From: Pyrinomonadaceae bacterium | Lineage (GTDB): Bacteria; Acidobacteriota; Blastocatellia; Pyrinomonadales; Pyrinomonadaceae | NCBI GenBank assembly: GCA_041492185.1 | Contig: JBGPWL010000010.1 | Location: 10,117 to 74,116, forward strand | Direction: 5' to 3' | Length of the DNA stretch: 64,000 nucleotides | Shown: one piece after another, positions 56,253 to 64,000 of the stretch | How the letters are laid out: every line of letters starts with the position of its first letter | Numbering within the stretch: position 1 is the first letter of the stretch | Program-made: the position numbers and the translations under genes | The notes under the pieces: model-generated | Told to the model about the DNA's origin: nothing | What the model saw: only the letters and a program-made list of their open reading frames with translations | The model's database searches: none

Positions 56253-56330
56253 GATCGATTAATCCAACTCATAAGCGGCCTAGTGCACAGACGGCTCCGC
56301 AGGCTTAGCCTAACCTTCTGTTCTGGCAGG
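56253..56330 (+). repeat. 78-nt direct repeat, copy B
   Basis: Ends 10 nt before ATG 56340. Confidence 0.7.
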
Positions 56331-56339
56331 ACCGACCTT

Positions 56340-56684
56340 ATGAAACTTGTCTTTGTAATCATTGTCTTAGAGAACCTGGTCATTGCTTTGATATTGGCGG
56401 CGGTTTTTGCGCATTCCTGGAGGCGGAAATTCAACTTGCAGCGCCCATTCTCATTGATTGATGCCGGCGACACTCCATCCATCCACTTGGCGACACCGGC
56501 CCTGTTTGATCCGGTACGTTGGACACGACTAAATCCATGGCTGCTCGAAGGCCAACCTGATGACCGGACACCGATGATCGGTTCTGATGGTGAGATCAGC
56601 GGATCAGCATCGGCGCGCCGGTCGTCAGCGAGGCGGTTTCATCAGATTAACTACAAAGCATGGTCAAAAGAGCGGCACAACTGA
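56340..56684 (+). CDS. hypothetical membrane-anchored protein
   Basis: ORF 56283.. trimmed to ATG 56340 because the upstream codons lie in a 78-nt non-coding repeat; N-terminal TM MKLVFVIIVLENLVIALILAAVF. Confidence 0.5.
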   Translation: MKLVFVIIVLENLVIALILAAVFAHSWRRKFNLQRPFSLIDAGDTPSIHLATPALFDPVRWTRLNPWLLEGQPDDRTPMIGSDGEISGSASARRSSARRFHQINYKAWSKERHN

Positions 56685-56787
56685 GAAGTAATCGAAGCGG
56701 TGAAGAAACGGTAGGGTAATCATCAGCATGACTAGTGGCGGATAAGATTAGGTCTTACGCGAGTCTGCGTTTCGATGGGCGGTCCTG

Positions 56788-56813
56788 CTAAGCTCACATC
56801 ACTTCCGGCGCTC
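56788..56813 (+). repeat. 26-nt direct repeat, right copy (island boundary candidate)
   Basis: ctaagctcacatcacttccggcgctc; overlaps the stop codon and last 6 codons of the MFS gene (minus strand). Confidence 0.65.
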
Positions 56814-58059
56814 CACCATCCGAATATTCTCCCGCGTGCGCGCGCGCGAAATAAACGCCGAGCAGAAAAGCTGCCAGCATGATCCCCGCCGCGGTCCAGA
56901 ACGTTGCGAAGATCGAATGGTCGCTCATGTTATGAAAAGCTCCGTCAAAACCTTTGGCAGCAACCGCGCTGTAGATCAAGATCGCCTGCACTGACGGTCC
57001 AACGGCCCGCGCCAAACTCGCCACCGATTGCGTGACGCCCAGCACCACGCCCTGTTCGGCTTCGCTCACGCTTTTTGATGCGAGGCTCGTCAACGATGGC
57101 GTTGCCAGCGAGTTGCCCACCGCGAACGCGCCGCCGACCGCAAGCAGCGTCAGCAATCCAGTGTGCGCTCCGGTAAAAGGAATCAGGAACAGACTCAGAG
57201 AAAACAGCGACGCGCCGATTAGCACCAGCGGCAATTCGCCAAATCGTCTCACCAATTTTCCGATCAGCCCGCCCTGAATCATCGCGCCAATTATTCCGAC
57301 GTACGCAAACAGGTAACCCGTGTGCGCCGCGTCATAGCCAAACCGGAACATCGTGAAGAGGGAGAACGTGGTTGTCATTATCGAGAACGCGACGATGAAT
57401 AAAAAGTAGATCGTGAGCACAAATCCGAGTTTCGGCTGTTTGAGAGATCTGACAACCTCTTTCCAGTCACGACCACCGGCGGCAGAAACGCGCGCGGGAT
57501 GATCCGGCGTCACGGTTTCGGGCAGAGTGAAATAAAGCAGAATGGCATTTGCAAACGCCAGACCGGCAGCAAAAAAGAACGGCACGCCGATGCCCCAATG
57601 ACTGAGCACGCCGCCAATCGCCGGACCAAAAACGAAGCCGAGACCAAACGCGGCGCCTACCAAACCCATGCCCTTCGCGCGATCCGCTTTTGTAGTCGAG
57701 TCGGCGATGTAGGCTTGCGCGGTTGAAATGTTGCCGCCGGTGATACCGTCCAGGATGCGGCCGACAAAGAGCATCCACAGCGTCGTCGCAAAGCCGAGAA
57801 TCAGAAACGAGATGCCCGTGCCGATGATGCTAACGAGCAGCACCGGACGCCGCCCATGTTTATCTGAAAGCCTTCCCAGGATGGGAGCGAAGATCAACTG
57901 CATGACGGAGTAGGAAGCAAAGAGCAATCCTACGTCGCGCGGCGTGGCATTGAACCTCGTGCCTTCGACGTAGAACGGCAGCACGGGCATGACGATGCCA
58001 AACCCGACCAGGTCGATAAAGATCGTGATGAAGATGACCAGTAGCGGCGAACGCTTCAT
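56794..58059 (-). CDS. MFS transporter (TetA/drug-efflux-like, 12 TM)
   Basis: 421 aa; motif A-like GRLSDKHGRRPVLL; 12 predicted hydrophobic segments. Confidence 0.85.
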   Translation of the reverse strand: MKRSPLLVIFITIFIDLVGFGIVMPVLPFYVEGTRFNATPRDVGLLFASYSVMQLIFAPILGRLSDKHGRRPVLLVSIIGTGISFLILGFATTLWMLFVGRILDGITGGNISTAQAYIADSTTKADRAKGMGLVGAAFGLGFVFGPAIGGVLSHWGIGVPFFFAAGLAFANAILLYFTLPETVTPDHPARVSAAGGRDWKEVVRSLKQPKLGFVLTIYFLFIVAFSIMTTTFSLFTMFRFGYDAAHTGYLFAYVGIIGAMIQGGLIGKLVRRFGELPLVLIGASLFSLSLFLIPFTGAHTGLLTLLAVGGAFAVGNSLATPSLTSLASKSVSEAEQGVVLGVTQSVASLARAVGPSVQAILIYSAVAAKGFDGAFHNMSDHSIFATFWTAAGIMLAAFLLGVYFARAHAGEYSDGGAPEVM

Positions 58060-58202
58060 GGGATCAATGACAAGTCATTAATGATCAGAGCGTCAAAATA
58101 TTAGATTATCTCTCGCGAAATGTCGCGCGCTTTTCGCGTTCGTAGTAACATGCCCACTCTTGAGCCCCCTTCACATCAATTAGACGAGAAGGACCAACGA
58201 CC

Positions 58203-60095
58203 ATGCGGCGAAAATATTTGTCTGCGTTCAGCCTGCTAATTCTGACAATTGTCTGCACGCGCTCGGCGGCGGCGCAAAACCGTAAGCAGGATGGTGGGCA
58301 AGCGATCGCTTTCACGGTTTCGATGCCGAAGCCTCACACACATTTGCTCGAAGTTGAAATCCATGTAAAGCGAGGATTGAGGGCGTGGCCGAAGGAAGAT
58401 GTCCTCATAATGCCGGTGTGGACGCCAGGCTCGTATCTGGTTCGTGAGTTTGAACGCCACGTTCAGGACTTCGCCGCGACCGACGCATCCGGCCAGCCAC
58501 TGCAATGGGAAAAGATCGACAAAAATTCCTGGCGCGTGAAGACGAACCTCATGCCAGAGTGGCGCGTGACCTACCGCGTTTACGCGAACGAGCTTTCGGT
58601 CCGAACAAATGAATTGAATTCAGATCACGCCTTCTGGAACAACGCCGCTTTGCTGATGTACTTGCAAGGTTTTCTGGAAGAGCCGTCAACGCTGCAAATT
58701 CTTGCGCCGCAACCGTGGAAGGTGGCCACCGGACTGCCGGTGGAGCCGGGCGCGAAGAACACTTTCCGCGCGGAAAACTTTGACGTGCTCTACGATTCGC
58801 CGGTTGAAGTCAGCAACTTCAAGACGCTCGCCTTTGAAGTAAAGGGAGTGCCGCATCGCATCGTCATTGACGGCGAGGGAAATTACGACGCCGAAAAAAT
58901 GCGCGCCGACGTGAAAAAGATCGTTGAGACGGAAAGTGCGATAATGGGCGGCGAAATTCCCTATCACGATTACACCTTCATCCTGCATTTGAGAGCGAAT
59001 GCCGGCGGTGGTCTTGAGCACTTGAACTCAACGGCGCTCGGCTATCCTCGCTTCGGTTTTCATGCTGCGAGAAGCGGAGGATCGAATTCTGCTTCGCCCT
59101 TCGCCGGACAGTCGGAGCGTGACTACAACGGATTTCTGTCGCTGGTCGCGCATGAATTTTTTCATCTCTGGAACGTGAAGCGCATTCGCCCCGACGCGCT
59201 CGGACCTTTTGATTACACCAAAGAGAATTACACAAAAGTGCTTTGGGTTGCCGAAGGAATCACCGACTACTACGCGGACATCGCGCTGCGTCGCGCCGGT
59301 TTAGTTTCAGACGGAGACTTTCTTGCCGGCGAGGCCAGCGCTATCCAGAGTTTGCAGAACACGCCCGGCCGGCTCGAGCAAAGCGCCGAAGAATCGAGTT
59401 TCGATACCTGGGTCAAGTTTTATCGCCAGGACGAAAATTCGACCAACTCGCAGATTTCTTATTACGATAAAGGCGCGCTGCTGGGCTTGTTACTCGACCT
59501 GGAAATTCGCAAACGGAGCAACGGCGCAAAGTCGTTGGACGACGTGATGCGCTATCTCTACACGGAATTTTTCAAGCAGAAACGCAACTATGGACCGGAT
59601 GATTTTCAGAAGGCTTGCGAGTTGATGGCCGGCTCGAGCCTCGAAAAGTTTTTTGCCAGTTACGTTCGTGGTCGCGAAGAGCTCGACTACAACGCCGCGT
59701 TGGCCGTTGCGGGTCTGCGCCTCGACACTGGTGAGGCCGCAAGACCGCAGGCTTATCTTGGCGCGGACCTGGCCCAGGAAGGTGATCGGCTGATGGTCAG
59801 ACGAGTTTACGCAGGATCGCCGGCTTACGAGCAGGGTTTGAATACAGGGGATCAGATCGTGGCTTTGAACAACATGCGGGTGAACAAGAATTTCTTCGAC
59901 GCGCGTTTGGAAGAAAAGCATCCGGGCGATCCTGTAAGCCTGACGATATTTCGCACAGACGATCTGAGTACGCTGCTAATCAAACTCGGCGCCCGGTCCT
60001 ATGCGCCCTATCGCATCATCCCAGTCGCGCAGCCGACCGACGAACAGAAGCGCAATTATCAAGCGTGGCTCGGCGCACCATTTGAAACAAAGTAG
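58203..60095 (+). CDS. secreted M61 glycyl aminopeptidase with C-terminal PDZ domain
   Basis: 630 aa; signal peptide; HEFFHLWNVKRIRP (HExxH) and a PDZ-like C-terminal part. Confidence 0.85.
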   Translation: MRRKYLSAFSLLILTIVCTRSAAAQNRKQDGGQAIAFTVSMPKPHTHLLEVEIHVKRGLRAWPKEDVLIMPVWTPGSYLVREFERHVQDFAATDASGQPLQWEKIDKNSWRVKTNLMPEWRVTYRVYANELSVRTNELNSDHAFWNNAALLMYLQGFLEEPSTLQILAPQPWKVATGLPVEPGAKNTFRAENFDVLYDSPVEVSNFKTLAFEVKGVPHRIVIDGEGNYDAEKMRADVKKIVETESAIMGGEIPYHDYTFILHLRANAGGGLEHLNSTALGYPRFGFHAARSGGSNSASPFAGQSERDYNGFLSLVAHEFFHLWNVKRIRPDALGPFDYTKENYTKVLWVAEGITDYYADIALRRAGLVSDGDFLAGEASAIQSLQNTPGRLEQSAEESSFDTWVKFYRQDENSTNSQISYYDKGALLGLLLDLEIRKRSNGAKSLDDVMRYLYTEFFKQKRNYGPDDFQKACELMAGSSLEKFFASYVRGREELDYNAALAVAGLRLDTGEAARPQAYLGADLAQEGDRLMVRRVYAGSPAYEQGLNTGDQIVALNNMRVNKNFFDARLEEKHPGDPVSLTIFRTDDLSTLLIKLGARSYAPYRIIPVAQPTDEQKRNYQAWLGAPFETK

Positions 60096-60107
60096 GTTTG
60101 AAGGAAG

Positions 60108-60881
60108 ATGGAACTTCAACATATCAAGTTCGAGATCGACGATCGCGTGGCGCGCATCACTCTCGCTCGGCCGCCGCTTAATATCCTGAACATCGAGATG
60201 ATGCAGGAGATTGGATTGGCGCTCGACGATCTCGTCAGCCATCGCGAAGTGGTGGCGATCGTTTTCGACGCCCCACCGGATGCGCGCGCCTTCAGCGCCG
60301 GCGTCGCGGTCGAAGAGCACGTTGAGGAAACAATCTATCAGATGCTCGATTCGTTCCACGCCATCTTTCGCACCTTGACGCAACTCGCAAAGCCGACGAT
60401 TGCCGTGGTTGATGGCGCAGCGCTGGGTGGCGGATGCGAACTGGTGGCGGGCTGCGATATTGTCATCGCGAGCGATCGCGCGCGGTTCGGCCAACCAGAG
60501 ATCAAGCTCGGCGTGTTTCCGCCGGTGGCTTGCGTGCTGTTGCCACTGATCATCGGCGACAAACGCGCGCGCGAACTCGTGTTGACTGGTGAGATGATTG
60601 ACGCTCCTGAAGCCGCGCGTCTTGGCCTGGTGAATTACGTCGTGCAGGCCGACCGTTTGCAGCAAAAGACGGAAGAGATACTATCGAAGCTGCGCGAGTT
60701 CTCCGGCGTCGCGTTGGAAGCAACTCGGCGCGCGCTCGACCTGGGCCGCGGGCGTTCGCTCGATAGCGTGCTGGCCGAAATAGAGGACATGTATCTGAAC
60801 GAGCTGATGAAGACCGAAGATGCCAACGAAGGCATTAAGTCGTTTATGGAAAAGCGAAAGCCGGCGTGGCGGAACCGGTAA
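60108..60881 (+). CDS. enoyl-CoA hydratase/isomerase family protein
   Basis: 257 aa; crotonase motifs FSAGVAVEE and VDGAALGGGCELVAGCDI. Confidence 0.85.
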   Translation: MELQHIKFEIDDRVARITLARPPLNILNIEMMQEIGLALDDLVSHREVVAIVFDAPPDARAFSAGVAVEEHVEETIYQMLDSFHAIFRTLTQLAKPTIAVVDGAALGGGCELVAGCDIVIASDRARFGQPEIKLGVFPPVACVLLPLIIGDKRARELVLTGEMIDAPEAARLGLVNYVVQADRLQQKTEEILSKLREFSGVALEATRRALDLGRGRSLDSVLAEIEDMYLNELMKTEDANEGIKSFMEKRKPAWRNR

Positions 60882-60883
60882 AA

Positions 60884-61364
60884 TTTTCCATTTATCATTT
60901 GACATTTTTCATTTGTCATTTGAAGGCACGACACCCCGCTTGTATGGAAAAAGTAGCAGTAGCGCGAGTCGCTCAATCGCAAGCAGACGAACTTGAGGAA
61001 CGCTTGATTGACTTTGCAGTACGCATCGTCAAGCTTTCGGCCGGTCTGCCGAAAAATCCCGCCGGGAAGCATGTCGCTGGACAGGTTTTGCGATCCGGGA
61101 CGTCTCCCGCGCCGAATTATGGCGAAGCGAGAGGAGCTGAAAGCCATGCCGATTTCGTTCACAAGCTGCGTATCGTTCTTAAGGAGTTGAATGAGACATC
61201 TATCTGGCTGCGAGTAATTGAACGCAGTCAGATTCTAAAGAAGGAACTCCTTGCGGACATTATTGAGGAAAACCGGGAACTGTGCAGGATTTTCATTGCA
61301 TCACTAAAAACCGCTCGTGCTGGAAAAAATGATAAATGAGAAATGTCAAATGACAAATGGAAAA
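60884..61364 (+). mobile_element. inverted-repeat-flanked four-helix-bundle gene cassette
   Basis: Left arm 60884..60922 and right arm 61327..61364 are reverse complements (35/38 by hand); both are made of NCATTTN heptamers. Confidence 0.55.
60944..61339 (+). CDS. four-helix-bundle protein (23S rRNA IVS protein / Avd-like family)
   Basis: ORF 60866.. trimmed to ATG 60944; ...RLIDFAVRIVKL...GKHVAGQVLRSGTSPAPNYGEA...FVHKLRIVLKELNETSIWLRV... hallmark of the TIGR02436-type family. Confidence 0.8.
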   Translation: MEKVAVARVAQSQADELEERLIDFAVRIVKLSAGLPKNPAGKHVAGQVLRSGTSPAPNYGEARGAESHADFVHKLRIVLKELNETSIWLRVIERSQILKKELLADIIEENRELCRIFIASLKTARAGKNDK

Positions 61365-62252
61365 TGGCTTCAGTCCTGGAGCCGTCGTCTCTTTGTCCTG
61401 CTCGTCGCGCTCGCGCTCCTCGTTCCCGCATTCGGCGTACTGGCCCAAAGGCGAAAGCAAAGCGGATCGCATCCGAGCCGCCCGCGTGAAACTCTAACCG
61501 TCGAAGAGCGCGAACTAGTCGAGGAAGCGATTGACGTTGTCTGTTCCGAAAGAGCGCGCGACGACAAAGGCAGCGCGCCCATTGACGATATGCAGAAGCG
61601 CCCGTCGCTGCCGTTGCGCGCCCCCGAAGTAATCGCGGGCGCAGAGCGCGCCCAACGCCTTCTGGGTCCGGCCAAGAGCCTTGTCATAGTCGCGCTGCGC
61701 CGTCTCTCGGATGAATACAAAATCAGCAGCGACCGGTATCACGCCGCAAGAATCAGCCGGGCGATCGCGCGCGTGCAGGCCGTCAATCGTGTCAGGCCGG
61801 ACGTTGAAGCGCGCGATAACGCGTCTGTCTATCTCAAGAGCCCGCACGCGATCACCTTCGGCACAATTTTTCTGGCGGGTCTGCCTTCCGACGAAGGGAT
61901 GCTCAGCGTGCTGGCGCATGAATTGGTCCACATCGCCGATGGCGACACGGACACTTTGCGACGGCTGTTTCAGGCCGTCGGTAATCGCGCTTCAAGGTTG
62001 ACCGGGTTGCGCATACGCGACCAACGCGCCGAGGAATTGACCTGCGATCTGGTGGGCGAAGTAGCCGCGCAGTCGCTCATTTCCAGCACGCCTAACTATG
62101 AACCGGTGCCGCGGCGACTGGCGCGATCCCTCGAACACAATTGCGTGGACGAAGACGAAGCCGACGAGGATCATCTTTCCCCGCGAAACACCATTCGCGC
62201 GCTGCTGGCTCTCGATCCCGCGCTCAGACGGGGGCTGGTTTACGGCAAGTAG
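61350..62252 (+). CDS. putative secreted zinc metalloprotease (HExxH)
   Basis: ORF 61317..; signal-like N-terminus; LAHELVHIADGD motif; all candidate ATGs (61317/61329/61350) lie inside the right inverted repeat of the upstream cassette. Confidence 0.55.
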   Translation: MTNGKWLQSWSRRLFVLLVALALLVPAFGVLAQRRKQSGSHPSRPRETLTVEERELVEEAIDVVCSERARDDKGSAPIDDMQKRPSLPLRAPEVIAGAERAQRLLGPAKSLVIVALRRLSDEYKISSDRYHAARISRAIARVQAVNRVRPDVEARDNASVYLKSPHAITFGTIFLAGLPSDEGMLSVLAHELVHIADGDTDTLRRLFQAVGNRASRLTGLRIRDQRAEELTCDLVGEVAAQSLISSTPNYEPVPRRLARSLEHNCVDEDEADEDHLSPRNTIRALLALDPALRRGLVYGK

Positions 62253-62268
62253 GAGCGCATTTGTGAGG

Positions 62269-62931
62269 CTAGTAGTATTCATTGGACTCTGCGCAAAGTA
62301 CATCCGCCTCTTCCTTCGCGAGGTGATGTTGCAGAGAAGTGTATAGACTTGAATCGCCTTGCTCCCACTTCCGCGCTATCGCGTAGGCACAGTAGTCTGC
62401 CACCTGGAGCCAGAGATTCGACGCGCTTGCGTGATGATAAACGTGAAAGGGGAATCCGTCGGGAAGTTCGGCCCGGCACGCGATCTTTATTGCCTTCTCA
62501 GTCAATTCCCGGTTGCACTGCCCCGGAAAGCGATCCGTATAAACCAGAAGATTGTGAGCATGCTCCCTGATTGGACCTCGTAACACTAAGCTCAAAGGCA
62601 TTGTTGCGAATCTGGAGTAGAAACTGCCCAAATGCTCGCGATCCTTAGGGGGCACCTTGTTCTTCTGCACCACCACGGCAGCAAATTTCCAGTCTGGGTA
62701 TGAGAGTATCTTGCTGATAACGAGTTGGCGAATGCGCCCATGATCACTGCTCGCGTGGAACTTCTCGATGTTTGAACCTTGCTTCAGCAGTCGAAACCTG
62801 AGCAATTGGAGTTGGATCGCTAAGGGTAGCGGATTGTATGTCCAGACAGCAGCGAACAAGTAGTATCGACTTCCGCGCGGCGAAAAATTGAGATCGCCCG
62901 ACTCATCTAGGTGAAGATGAAGAGTGCTCAT
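62269..62931 (-). CDS. DUF3800 domain protein
   Basis: 220 aa; N-terminal HLDESGD motif characteristic of DUF3800. Confidence 0.7.
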   Translation of the reverse strand: MSTLHLHLDESGDLNFSPRGSRYYLFAAVWTYNPLPLAIQLQLLRFRLLKQGSNIEKFHASSDHGRIRQLVISKILSYPDWKFAAVVVQKNKVPPKDREHLGSFYSRFATMPLSLVLRGPIREHAHNLLVYTDRFPGQCNRELTEKAIKIACRAELPDGFPFHVYHHASASNLWLQVADYCAYAIARKWEQGDSSLYTSLQHHLAKEEADVLCAESNEYY

Positions 62932-62957
62932 CGCCTAAAGCTCGGCGGAAAAAGCGA

Positions 62958-63010
62958 CCTCCCCGCCTAGCCTTTTGGCTGACCCCATTGGGGTCTTTTC
63001 AGCGGGGAGG
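62958..63010. repeat. nested hairpin element
   Basis: CCTCCCCGC ... GACCCC-att-GGGGTC-tttt ... GCGGGGAGG. Confidence 0.45.
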
Positions 63011-63196
63011 AACCTTTAGAGTTTGCCGAATAATCGGCTTTACCTGACCGCAAGTGTACTTCAACGACCTTCCGACCGCAAGGTCTGGCCTCCCATATCC
63101 ATCGTTTTGCAAGACAAAGCGGGTGAGACTGTAAGCCCTGGGCTAAAGATCGCACGGAGGTTGCGTGCCGAAATTAGGATCAGGATCAGCATTGCG

Positions 63197-63226
63197 TTGA
63201 CAACGGGAACTACGTCTTCCTATGAT
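63197..63226 (+). promoter_or_regulatory. sigma70-like promoter candidate (TTGACA-18 nt-TATGAT)
   Basis: Hexamers read directly; the -10 ends 11 nt before ATG 63238, which implies a very short or absent leader. Confidence 0.35.
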
Positions 63227-63237
63227 CGCCCCGTCAC

Positions 63238-64000
63238 ATGTTGCACACATCACTCCGACACAATCACTTGCCAACGAAACATAAATCGAAATCGAAAGTC
63301 GAGCGGAACGCCGGCACGCGAGTCTCAATCAAAACCACCGCAATCATATTTCTAATCGCGATCGCTTCCGGCTGTCACCGCAAAGTGGAGCGCGACGACG
63401 TGCGCCCGTTGGTGATGCACGACGTGCCGGCAAACCGGCTGGCGTATCGCTTTGAAGGCGACACCGGATTGCCCTCAGAGATCAAGATCCAGGACACGGC
63501 CGAGCAACTGGAGACGATTCGAAACGACTTCAAGACTAATCGCAAAGCCGAGGCGTTGCTTCGCACGGTAACCTCGCCGGATGGCCAGCGCGCGCTCGCG
63601 CTTTATGCAACGGGTGAGGAATCGAACGAGGCTTTTCGTATCGACATTTATTCTTCGGACGGAAAATTCCTGCGAAACGTCACGCCGCCGGGGCTCTCTT
63701 GCGTATTTCCGGAAACCGTGGCCTGGGCGCCTAACGGCAACTCCATCGCATTCATCGCGCGCCGCAACCCACAACCGACGCCCTCTCCGACACCGCTTGA
63801 CGAGGTCGAGCCAGTGACACCGTCGAGTTTGCCCACTCCGATCCCCTCACCATCGGTGGCGCCGGCGTTCGCCCCGCTGCAGATGTTCGAGACCGAACAG
63901 ATATACATCTGCAATCGCGACGGCTATGAACTGAAGCCGCTCACTAAGCGCGAGGGCTTGATCTATTTTTGTCTTTCGTGGGCGCCGGACAGTCATGCGC
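63238..64000 (+). CDS. lipoprotein with PD40/TolB-like repeats (partial, runs off the window)
   Basis: Hand-translated open frame with no stop before the window end; lipobox ...FLIAIASGC; ...SPDGQRALA..., ...WAPNGNSIAFIA..., ...WAPDSHA PD40-type motifs; Pro-rich linker. Confidence 0.7.
   Translation, partial: MLHTSLRHNHLPTKHKSKSKVERNAGTRVSIKTTAIIFLIAIASGCHRKVERDDVRPLVMHDVPANRLAYRFEGDTGLPSEIKIQDTAEQLETIRNDFKTNRKAEALLRTVTSPDGQRALALYATGEESNEAFRIDIYSSDGKFLRNVTPPGLSCVFPETVAWAPNGNSIAFIARRNPQPTPSPTPLDEVEPVTPSSLPTPIPSPSVAPAFAPLQMFETEQIYICNRDGYELKPLTKREGLIYFCLSWAPDSHA

Overview
This is a GC-rich (judged by eye) bacterial chromosomal window. About 70 protein-coding genes can be supported. I saw no rRNA, tRNA or CRISPR array. 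The gene content (tricorn-like protease, M61/M20/M24 peptidases, several TlpA-type thioredoxins, DUF2911, DinB/VOC paralogs) and the dense REP/MITE-like intergenic hairpins suggest a soil Acidobacteriota-like genome; that assignment is inference only.

Most of the window is housekeeping or accessory metabolism. Five things stand out:

1. **Crp-box island, about 47.2-56.8 kb.** It looks lower in GC by eye and is bracketed by a 26-nt direct repeat. It holds two paralogous Crp/Fnr regulators and seven copies of a 21-bp CRP-type palindrome (consensus TATGTGCGCTAGCGCACATAT, i.e. TGTG-N8-CACA). These sit in front of small secreted, hydrophilic, Met-rich or stress-type proteins and an aspartate-less receiver protein. 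This is my best candidate for an undescribed regulon or system.
2. **Diverged duplicate of the icd 3' end.** The last ~100 nt of the isocitrate dehydrogenase gene recurs 3.2 kb downstream. The two copies bracket a DUF1569 gene and a two-gene Mo-oxidoreductase pair, as at e14/phage-21 icd integration sites. An AT-rich stretch and a retropepsin-like two-gene module follow.
3. **Four-helix-bundle (Avd/IVS-protein-like) gene.** It lies between 38-nt inverted repeats made of heptamer tandem repeats. Several 'empty' heptamer-repeat hairpins occur elsewhere in the window.
4. **Small islet.** It holds a frameshifted brnT, an intact brnA and a RusA-like resolvase.
5. **Gene decay and repeats.** There are several frameshifted or truncated genes (YdeI-like, AraC remnant, OMP C-terminal remnant) and multiple dispersed repeat families.

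All identities and coordinates were counted by hand. No database search was possible.
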